Positions 50,450 to 58,001 of a stretch of 64,000 nucleotides of DNA are shown here, in pieces. A program made the position numbers and the translations under genes. The first letter of the stretch is position 1; each line of letters begins with the position of its first letter. Source of the stretch: Longimicrobiales bacterium (lineage in GTDB: Bacteria > Gemmatimonadota > Gemmatimonadetes > Longimicrobiales > RSA9); NCBI GenBank assembly GCA_050732635.1, contig JBOHRE010000002.1, positions 22,896 to 86,895 of the forward strand, written 5' to 3'. The notes below the pieces were generated by a model that made no database searches, was not told where the DNA came from, and saw only the letters and a program-made list of their open reading frames with translations.

Positions 50450-50540
50450 GAAAGGCTATCCACAGAACTCCTGCCCCGTCCTGAGCCGGGGCCGAACCCG
50501 TGCCGTCTCGCGGCGGCGCAGAGCGACCGGAGGAGCTGCT

Positions 50541-50906
50541 TTGAGAGACTACGAAGTCGTCTACATTTTCGATTCCGCGCTGGACGAGCCCGCCATCAAC
50601 GACAAGCTGGAGCGATTCCATGCGTTGTTGATGGGCGGTGATGGTGCGGAGGTCACTGCCGTCGATCATTGGGGCAAGCGGCAGCTCGCCTATGCGCTGC
50701 GCAAGAAGACGACGGGGTACTATGTCGTTGCGCAGCTGCGAACCGAGACGGCGCTACTGCCGGAATTCGAGCGCGCGCTGAAGCTGGAGGAGGGGCTGTT
50801 GCGGTATCTGGTGGTGCTGCACGAGGGCGAGCCGACGGCGCCGATGTCGATCGCGACGCGCGAGCCGCGGCGCGAGGACGAGGACGAAGGGGAAGAGGAC
50901 GATTGA
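50541..50906 (+). CDS. rpsF: 30S ribosomal protein S6
   Basis: TTG start 5 nt after [21 protein letters not shown]... is the canonical S6 N-terminus. Acidic tail. Confidence 0.85.
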   Translation: MRDYEVVYIFDSALDEPAINDKLERFHALLMGGDGAEVTAVDHWGKRQLAYALRKKTTGYYVVAQLRTETALLPEFERALKLEEGLLRYLVVLHEGEPTAPMSIATREPRREDEDEGEEDD

Positions 50907-50907
50907 G

Positions 50908-51132
50908 ATGATGCCGCGCGGACAGAAGACCTGCTCGCTGTGCGAGGCGGGCATCCGGCAGATCAATTACAAGGACGACAAATCGCTGGGGCGCTACATC
51001 ACCGATCGAGGCAAGATCGTGCCGCGGCGGATCACGGGTGCGTGCGCGAGACATCAGCGGCAGATCACGACAGCGATCAAGCGGGCGCGCTACCTGGCGC
51101 TGGTCCCGTATACCGGGGGCGTCGAGAGCTGA
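50908..51132 (+). CDS. rpsR: 30S ribosomal protein S18
   Basis: Contains [26 protein letters not shown] and [16 protein letters not shown]. Confidence 0.93.
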   Translation: MMPRGQKTCSLCEAGIRQINYKDDKSLGRYITDRGKIVPRRITGACARHQRQITTAIKRARYLALVPYTGGVES

Positions 51133-51136
51133 CGCG

Positions 51137-52069
51137 GTGAGCGAGGGTGGAGCCGGCGCTCGCGGCTGGGGCGCGATCCTCGGTCTTACGCTCGTGGCGG
51201 CGACGATGTCGCCCCTGCAGCCGCTGCTGCTGATCGTGGTTCCGCTGGGATTCCTAATGGTGGGTCTGGAGCCGCGGCGACCGTGGCTGGTCGCGGTCGG
51301 TGTGCTGCTTGCACTGGCGCCCCTGATCGGTGGGCCGACCGGACCGCTGTGGTACATCGAGCGCGGCTGGGTGTACGCGCTGGGCGGCTCGTTCCTGGCC
51401 GCGGCGGTGGCGGTGCCGGCGGCCGGGTTCCTGCTGCGCGGCCTGCTTGGCGTCGGTGCCGCGAGCGTGCTGGCCGGCGCGATTCTGGTGCTGACACCGG
51501 ACGGCTGGGCGCGTACCGACGGCGTGATCGGTAGCCGGGTGCGGGCCAGCGCGAGTCAGATGGCTGTGGCGTGGAGCGAGGCGGGAGCCGACCGGTTCCT
51601 GGGTGACGTGGCCGACGCCGCGCGGCGAGCAGCAGAACTTCAGGCGCTGCTGTACCCGGGCATGATCGGGCTGGCCTCCTTGGCGGCACTGGCGATCGGC
51701 TGGTGGGCATGGAGCCGGGTCGTGGCGAACCGACCGCGTCCACTCGCGCCGTTACGGGAGTTCCGTTTCCCGGACGATCTGGTGTGGCTGTTCGTGGTGG
51801 CGCTCGCGCTCGTGCTGCTGCCGTTGGGCCAGGAAGCGACGCGCGCCGGTTCGAATCTCGCGCTGTTCATGGGCGGCCTCTATGCGCTGCGAGGGCTGGC
51901 CGTCGCGCTCAGCGTGGCGACGCCGGCCGGACCCTGGCTCGCGGTCCTCGCCGGGTTGGCGGCGGTGCTGCTGTATCCGCTGGCGTTGTCGGTGGCGCTG
52001 GCGCTGGGGCTGTCGGACACATGGGTGGATTATCGGACGCGCCGCCGCGGAGCGGCGAGTCGTTCCTGA
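51137..52069 (+). CDS. polytopic membrane protein, DUF2232 (YybS)-like (tentative)
   Basis: About 310 aa with 7 or more hydrophobic helices. It lies between rpsR and rplI, as yybS does in Firmicutes. GTG start 5 nt after the rpsR stop. Confidence 0.55.
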   Translation: MSEGGAGARGWGAILGLTLVAATMSPLQPLLLIVVPLGFLMVGLEPRRPWLVAVGVLLALAPLIGGPTGPLWYIERGWVYALGGSFLAAAVAVPAAGFLLRGLLGVGAASVLAGAILVLTPDGWARTDGVIGSRVRASASQMAVAWSEAGADRFLGDVADAARRAAELQALLYPGMIGLASLAALAIGWWAWSRVVANRPRPLAPLREFRFPDDLVWLFVVALALVLLPLGQEATRAGSNLALFMGGLYALRGLAVALSVATPAGPWLAVLAGLAAVLLYPLALSVALALGLSDTWVDYRTRRRGAASRS

Positions 52070-52082
52070 GGAGCTCGAGGCA

Positions 52083-52544
52083 ATGAAGCACGTCAAGGTG
52101 ATTCTGCGGCAGACGGTGGCTACGCTCGGCGAAGCCGGCCAAATCGTGTCGGTGCGCCCCGGATACGCGCGCAACTACCTGCTGCCGCAGGGTTACGCGT
52201 TCGAGGCGACCGAAAGCAATCTCCGCCGGTTGGAAGAGGAGCAGCGCCGGCGCGAGGAGACGGCGCGACGCGACGTGCTGGAGGCGAAGCGCCGCGCCGC
52301 CGCGCTGGAGGGCGTCTCCTTGACGTTCCACGCGCGGGCCGGCGAGGAGTCGAAGCTGTTCGGCTCGATCACCAGCGGTGATATCGCGGATCGACTGGGT
52401 GAGCAAGGGCTCGACTTCACGATCGATCGCCGCGACATCGAACTCGATGAACCGATCAAGGCGCTCGGCGTCTACAGCGTGCGAATCAAGCTACACACGG
52501 ATGTGCGACCCGAGGTGAAAGTCTGGGTCGTGAAGGAGGAGTGA
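52083..52544 (+). CDS. rplI: 50S ribosomal protein L9
   Basis: Contains MKHVKVILRQTVATLGEAGQIVSVRPGYARNYLLPQG. Confidence 0.93.
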   Translation: MKHVKVILRQTVATLGEAGQIVSVRPGYARNYLLPQGYAFEATESNLRRLEEEQRRREETARRDVLEAKRRAAALEGVSLTFHARAGEESKLFGSITSGDIADRLGEQGLDFTIDRRDIELDEPIKALGVYSVRIKLHTDVRPEVKVWVVKEE

Positions 52545-52575
52545 GTCCGGTGCGCGATCGGGTGCGGTCCGGAGG

Positions 52576-52998
52576 TTGCACCCGGGCCTCGCGATGAGTG
52601 AACGAAAGCAGGAGTCGGGGCAGGACACGCTGGCTGCATTGCGCGGCGCGCCGGCGGACCTGCCGGCAGAGATCGCGCGGGCGGCACAACTGGCACAGGA
52701 TCGCAAGGCGCGCGATCTGCTGATCATGGATCTGCGGGGTGTGTCGAACGCAACGGATTACTTCGTGATCGCAAGCGGCACGTCCGATCTTCACGTCCGG
52801 TCGATCGCCGAGAACGTGATCGAGCAGTTGAGGGAGCAGGGTGTGCGCCCGGATCACGTGGAAGGGCTGCGTGCGGGGCGCTGGGTCTTGATCGACTACG
52901 TTGATTTCGTGGTGCACGTCTTTCATCCGGCGGCGCGCGACTTCTACCAGCTGGAGCACCTCTGGGGCGACGCGCCGGCGTACACGATCGAAGCCTGA
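52576..52998 (+). CDS. rsfS: ribosome silencing factor RsfS
   Basis: Contains TDYFVIASGTS..HVRSIA and DYVDFVVHVFH..R.FY.LE.LW. An alternative start at 52594 is possible. Confidence 0.85.
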   Translation: MHPGLAMSERKQESGQDTLAALRGAPADLPAEIARAAQLAQDRKARDLLIMDLRGVSNATDYFVIASGTSDLHVRSIAENVIEQLREQGVRPDHVEGLRAGRWVLIDYVDFVVHVFHPAARDFYQLEHLWGDAPAYTIEA

Positions 52999-53015
52999 GC
53001 GTGGCCGCCGCGGGA

Positions 53016-53045
53016 GCGGCAGAGGGTCTGGGGCTGCGGCCTTTT
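53016..53045 (+). terminator. possible intrinsic terminator after rsfS
   Basis: Stem GCGGCAG/CTGCGGC (one mismatch) with an 11-nt loop, then CTTTT. The signal is weak. Confidence 0.35.
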
Positions 53046-53151
53046 GTCGTGTCGCCCGGGCCGATATGATTAGCCCCTTCCGATCCCGAACCAGCAAGCC
53101 AACAACCGCGGCAGTCCGGGTCAGGGCGGAGCCGATGCCCAGACATTCACA

Positions 53152-54639
53152 ATGGTGAAGAGCTGGTTGCGAACGTCGCCGTTCGATCCAGCAGGCGAGC
53201 TGCCGTCCATGCTGGACGTGCTGCTGGCGCGTCCTCGTGGCAGCCTGCCGGCACTCGCGCTGCTCATCGTGCCAAGCATGCGCGATGAGACCTGGCCGCT
53301 GCGTGCGGTCGTTCGCGTGGCCCGTGCGCTGAGCGACGCGGGCCACGATCCGCTGATCGTCGATCTCTCCTTGGATGAGCCGTTCCTGAGTCGGCATCTG
53401 GATCTGGCCACGCCGGAAGGCGCCGCCGACCTCCTGCTGTACGGCGCGTCACTGGACCGGGTCGAACAGCGGGTGAGCACCGACGACGGCGCCGTGCGTG
53501 TCGTCGCGGCGGGGGCACGGCTGGCTGGATCGCTGATCCCCGATGCGCTGGGTGCTCTGCGAACGCTGGTCGCGCGCGCAAGACTGAACCGACGCACGCT
53601 CGTCTTGCTGGCGCCGGCGGACGAGGAGCTGGGCAAGCCGGTCGCCGCGGCGGCAGGCACGGTCCTGCTCATCGGCGAGACAGCGGCTCCGGTGTCGGCC
53701 GCGAGCTGGCTCCCCGTCGACGCCATGCTGGTGGGTGCGCTGGGCGCTCCCGAGCACGATGCGGCCGCCGCCGCAGCCCAGGCCGCCGCCGAACGTGTGA
53801 GCCGGGAGCGACGCGCGAAAGCAGAGCAGGCGGCCGCGGTGCGGCCGGTCGCGCCAATCCCGGCGACCGAGCCGGCCGAGCTGCCGCCGATCACGGAGCC
53901 GCCGGCCCAGCTGCCGCCGATCACGGAGCCGCCCATCGAACGGCGGCGGCGCAGGCCGCCTCGGCGCAGCCGGCTGGCTGGCGTACTGCTCGTGCTACTC
54001 GGCGTCGCGCTCATTGGCGTCGTGTGGTATGCGTGGCGAGAATCCACCCCTTTTTTCGGCCGTCGCGCGGCCGCTCCGGCCGCGCCTGACACGCCCAGGC
54101 CGGCGCCTCCGACGTCGCCCGTCGGCGGGCCTCTCGACGAGACCCCACTGCCCTATTCGGTCGCGGTCGAATCGCACCCGGATCTGGAGCGGGCCGTGCA
54201 ACGGGCAGCGGCATTGCGCCGGCAGGCGCCCGCCACCGGGTTCTACGTTTCGCCACTGCTACTCGACAGCGTCGTCTATTACCGCGTGCTTGCCGGTCCG
54301 GCGGCCGACACGGCTTCGGCCGCGGCGCTGATGAATCGCCTGGTTGCCGAGGGGCACAAGAGCGGCCCCGACGACTGGTCTCTGCGGCCGACGCCATGGG
54401 CGTTCCTGATCGGTGACTATCCTACCGAGGAGGCCGCTGCGCGCCGGGAAGCCGAGTTGCAGGCGCGGGGGCTCCCCACATATGTGGTCGAGGTGCCATA
54501 CTCGAGCGGCGGCTCGCTGTACCGGATCTATGCCGGAGCGTTCGAAGGTCCTGCGTTGGCCGATGTGCTGCAGCAGCTCCTCCGCGATGCGGGCGTCGAG
54601 GCTCGTCTCGTGCGCAGAACGGGGAAACCGAAGGCATGA
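53152..54639 (+). CDS. bitopic protein: degenerate MinD/BY-kinase-like N-domain, Pro-rich linker, TM, two SPOR domains
   Basis: 495 aa. The TM segment is LAGVLLVLLGVALIGVVWYAW. The SPOR-like repeats are YSVAVES...VYYRVLAGP and WAFLIGDY...LYRIYAGAF. The N-domain has the beta-alpha layout of P-loop NTPases but no GxxGxGK[ST]. Confidence 0.75.
   Translation: MVKSWLRTSPFDPAGELPSMLDVLLARPRGSLPALALLIVPSMRDETWPLRAVVRVARALSDAGHDPLIVDLSLDEPFLSRHLDLATPEGAADLLLYGASLDRVEQRVSTDDGAVRVVAAGARLAGSLIPDALGALRTLVARARLNRRTLVLLAPADEELGKPVAAAAGTVLLIGETAAPVSAASWLPVDAMLVGALGAPEHDAAAAAAQAAAERVSRERRAKAEQAAAVRPVAPIPATEPAELPPITEPPAQLPPITEPPIERRRRRPPRRSRLAGVLLVLLGVALIGVVWYAWRESTPFFGRRAAAPAAPDTPRPAPPTSPVGGPLDETPLPYSVAVESHPDLERAVQRAAALRRQAPATGFYVSPLLLDSVVYYRVLAGPAADTASAAALMNRLVAEGHKSGPDDWSLRPTPWAFLIGDYPTEEAAARREAELQARGLPTYVVEVPYSSGGSLYRIYAGAFEGPALADVLQQLLRDAGVEARLVRRTGKPKA
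53880..53933 (+). repeat. in-frame 30-nt tandem duplication inside the SPOR protein linker
   Basis: GCTGCCGCCGATCACGGAGCCGCC occurs twice (24/24 identical) with a 30-nt period. It encodes ELPPITEPPA / QLPPITEPPI. Confidence 0.85.
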
Positions 54640-57600
54640 AGCTTCGTCGACTCTCACTTCACGGATTCAAGTCGTTCGCCGACCGCACCGAGCTCCGTTT
54701 CCACGACGGGATCACCGCCATCGTCGGTCCCAATGGGTGCGGTAAATCGAACATCAGCGACGCGGTTCGCTGGGTTCTGGGCGAGCAGCGCGCATCGGCG
54801 ATCCGCAGCAGCCGCATGGATGAGGCGATTTTCCAGGGCACCGCTGGCCGGCGGCCGCTGAACCGTGCCGAAGTCGAGCTCGCGTTCACCAACGAGGATC
54901 GCCGGATCCCGCTGCCGTACGACGAGGTAGCGATCCGGCGCGTCGTGTTCCGTGAGGGCGGCAGCGATTACGAACTGAACCGCGGGGCCTGCCGGCTGCG
55001 CGATATCCTGGACGCGTTTCGGGACACCGGATTGGGTGCCAACGCCTACTCGATCATCGAACAAGGGATGGTCGACGCGATGCTATCGGAGCGCACCGAG
55101 GACCGTCGACACCTGTTCGAGGAGGCGGCCGGGATCGGCCGCTACAAGGATCGTCGCAGCGCGGCCGTTCGCCGGCTCGAAGCCGCGGCAACGGACCTCG
55201 ACAGACTCGACGACATCATCGCCGAGGTCGACTCCAAGGTTCGCGCGCTGGCGCGTCAGCGGAAGAAGGCGGAGCGGTACGGCGAGCTACGCACGCGGCG
55301 GCTGGCGGTCGAGATCACAATCGCGCTTGCCGATCTGGGAGACCTCCGCGCCGAGCTCGACGAGGTCGCCGCGCGCCTGGAGACACTGGGCAGCGAGGAT
55401 CCCGCGGGGCGCGCCGCATTGACCACGGCCGAGGCGGGGCTCGAGCAGCGCCGCATTGCGGCCAACGAGTCCGCCCGCCTGCGCAATGCCGCCGCCACCC
55501 AGCTCGAGGAGTCGAATCGACGCATTGCGGAGCGGGAACGGGAGCTCGCGGTTGCGGACGAGCGGCAAAGCCACGCCGAGCGACGGCTCGAACAGATCGG
55601 CGCTGAACGAGCGGATCTGCTGGCGCGCCGGTCGACGCTCGAGGAGGAGGCGGCCACGCTGCGCGCCGAGCAGGTGGCGCAGCGGGATGAGGCAGAACGA
55701 CTTGCGGCCGAGCTGCTCGCGGTGCAGCAGCGACTGAGTGAGCGACGCGAGGCGTTGGTCGACGCCCGCCGCCAGGATGAGCGCTTGCGCGCGCAGGAGG
55801 AGGAGCTGAGCCGTCGGCTTGCCCGTGTGCAGGCGGAGGCGGCCGGCGCCGAGGCGCGGGCGACCGATCTACAGCGTCGCCTCGAGCGCATCGATCGCGA
55901 GCGTGAGGAGCTCGAGGGCGAGCTTCAGCGGCTCGACGAGCAGGGTGATCTGTTCGCATCCCGCGCGCGCGAGATCGCGAGCACCATGACCGACATCGAG
56001 GCGCAACGCGACCAGCTCGCAGGCCGCCTCCAGGAGTTGCGTCAGCGCGAGATCGAAGCCCGCCGTGACGTCGTCGAGGCCGAAGACCGCGCGAATCTAC
56101 TGGGCGCCCGGCTGGCGTCGCTCGAGTCGCTCGATCGTGAGTTCCACGGCTTCGCGCCTGCGGTTGCGGCCACGCTGGCACAACGCGCGCGGCTCGAGGG
56201 GCTGGTCGGCGCTGTGGCCGAAGTCCTGGAGCTCGAGCGCCAGCGGGCCGCCGAGGTCGAGTCGGCGCTCAATTCGGTGCTCCAGGTCCTGGTCGTACGC
56301 GACGAGGATGCGGCCGCATCACTACGGCACTGGCTGGCGCAGTCCGAGAACGGTGAGGGCAGCGTGGCACTGCTCCGGCTGTCGTCGTTGCCCAAACTAC
56401 AGGAGCTACTGAAGGAGCTCGAATTCGCCGGTCGCGCGGCCGACGAGCCCGTGCTCGTAGGCCGCCGAGCGCGTATCGCCGCGTTGCGCGCGGAGGTCGA
56501 AACCGGCTCGCGCGATGCGGATCAGCGTCGCGCTGAGCGCGCCAACGTGTTTGCGCAGTTGGAGGCCGTCGAGGGCGAGCTGCGCCAGGTCGAGGAGCGC
56601 CTGCGCGAGCTCGACCTGGAGCTGCGGCGCGCACATGCCGACGAAACCGCACGCGCAGGCCGCCAGCAGCAGGCGGTCCGCACGCATGGTGAGCTCGAAT
56701 CGCAGAAGGGCAGCGTGGTCGACGGCGCCGAGCGGGTCCGACGTGAGTCACGGCAGGCGGTCGAGGAGGCGGAGCGGCTGAGCGCGGCGGTCGAGGTGAA
56801 ACGTGAGGAGCGTCGATCAATGGCCCGGCTCGTCGCGGAGCGCGAAGCCGCGTGGGACGCAGTGCGCGAGCAAGAGGCCGAAGCCCGCGTGCTGCACGCG
56901 CGCTCAGAGAGTTCACTCGCAACCATCGAGCGCCGGCTCGGCGCCGCGGAGGAAGGCGTCGCCCACGCTCTGCAGCGCCTGGAGGCGCTGACCGCCGAGG
57001 AGCGTGAGCACCGCGCTGCGCTGGAACAGATCGCGGAATTACGGCTCGATGCCGGTGCCGCACTCGAGCACCTCTTCGGCACGCGAGACCAACTGGCGGC
57101 GGATTTGCGTGATCTCGATGAGCGCGCTGAACGTGAGCGCGGGGAGATCGAGCAGCTCGAAGCCGAGGTGCGCCGGCTGCGGCGCTCGGTCGACGCCATC
57201 GGTGAAGAACGCCACCGACTCGAGTTGCGGCGCGCCGAGGGTGAAGCGCAGCAGCGCAGCGTGCGCGAGCGCATTGAGATCGAATGGGGTCGTGGTTTCG
57301 ATGACCTCGTACAGCATACGGCGCTGGCGGAAGGCGAGCTCGAGGCGCTGCGCGCCGAGCTCCACACGCTGACGACGGATCTGGAGCGGCTCGGGCCGGT
57401 GAATCTTCTGGCGATCGAGGAATACGAGGAGGAACGCCAGCGGCTCGCGTTCCTGACGGCGCAACGCGACGACCTGCTGCAGGCGAAGCAGGAGCTGGAA
57501 ACGGCGATCCGCGAGATCAACCGGACGGCGAAGGAGCTGTTCGAAGGCACGTTCGAGCAAATCCGGCAGAATTTTCATGTCACGTTTGGCACCCTGTTCG

Positions 57601-58001
57601 AGGGCGGCGAGTGCGATCTGTGGCTTGCGGATCCGAGCGATCCGCTCGAATCACCGATCGAGGTGTCTGCCTCGCCGCGCGGCAAGCGGACACAACGGAT
57701 CACGCAGCTCAGCGGCGGTGAGCGGGCACTGACTGCGCTCGCGCTGCTGTTCGCGATCTATCTCGTGAAGCCGAGTCCGTTCTGTGTGCTCGACGAGGTC
57801 GATGCGCCCCTCGACGAGGCGAACATCGACCGCTTTCTCGCCATGCTTCAGCGTTTCAAAGCGGAGACGCAGTTCGTGGTCATCACGCACAACCCGCGCA
57901 CGATGGAAGCGGCGGACTGGATCTACGGCGTGACCATGGAAGAGGCGGGAATCAGCTCGATCGTCGGCGTACAGATCGAGGATGCTGTTGGCGCGACCTG
58001 A
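54636..58001 (+). CDS. smc: chromosome segregation protein SMC
   Basis: 1121 aa. N-terminal GPNGCGKSNISDAVRWVLGEQ, long coiled coils and a hinge. C-terminal LSGGERALTALALLFAIY and VLDEVDAPLDEAN. Confidence 0.96.
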   Translation: MKLRRLSLHGFKSFADRTELRFHDGITAIVGPNGCGKSNISDAVRWVLGEQRASAIRSSRMDEAIFQGTAGRRPLNRAEVELAFTNEDRRIPLPYDEVAIRRVVFREGGSDYELNRGACRLRDILDAFRDTGLGANAYSIIEQGMVDAMLSERTEDRRHLFEEAAGIGRYKDRRSAAVRRLEAAATDLDRLDDIIAEVDSKVRALARQRKKAERYGELRTRRLAVEITIALADLGDLRAELDEVAARLETLGSEDPAGRAALTTAEAGLEQRRIAANESARLRNAAATQLEESNRRIAERERELAVADERQSHAERRLEQIGAERADLLARRSTLEEEAATLRAEQVAQRDEAERLAAELLAVQQRLSERREALVDARRQDERLRAQEEELSRRLARVQAEAAGAEARATDLQRRLERIDREREELEGELQRLDEQGDLFASRAREIASTMTDIEAQRDQLAGRLQELRQREIEARRDVVEAEDRANLLGARLASLESLDREFHGFAPAVAATLAQRARLEGLVGAVAEVLELERQRAAEVESALNSVLQVLVVRDEDAAASLRHWLAQSENGEGSVALLRLSSLPKLQELLKELEFAGRAADEPVLVGRRARIAALRAEVETGSRDADQRRAERANVFAQLEAVEGELRQVEERLRELDLELRRAHADETARAGRQQQAVRTHGELESQKGSVVDGAERVRRESRQAVEEAERLSAAVEVKREERRSMARLVAEREAAWDAVREQEAEARVLHARSESSLATIERRLGAAEEGVAHALQRLEALTAEEREHRAALEQIAELRLDAGAALEHLFGTRDQLAADLRDLDERAERERGEIEQLEAEVRRLRRSVDAIGEERHRLELRRAEGEAQQRSVRERIEIEWGRGFDDLVQHTALAEGELEALRAELHTLTTDLERLGPVNLLAIEEYEEERQRLAFLTAQRDDLLQAKQELETAIREINRTAKELFEGTFEQIRQNFHVTFGTLFEGGECDLWLADPSDPLESPIEVSASPRGKRTQRITQLSGGERALTALALLFAIYLVKPSPFCVLDEVDAPLDEANIDRFLAMLQRFKAETQFVVITHNPRTMEAADWIYGVTMEEAGISSIVGVQIEDAVGAT

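Noticed and set aside
50456-50464. DnaA-box-like CTATCCACA (8/9 match to TTATCCACA)
   Set aside because: It is a single isolated box inside the rpsF leader. There is no cluster, no AT-rich unwinding element and no dnaA/dnaN nearby, so this is not an origin.
53066-53158. 30-codon uORF (MISPFRSRTSKPTTAAVRVRAEPMPRHSQW) overlapping the SPOR-protein start (ATGGTGA)
   Set aside because: It has mediocre GC3 compared with real genes here and no SD-like sequence. It may be chance, and it is kept only as a note.
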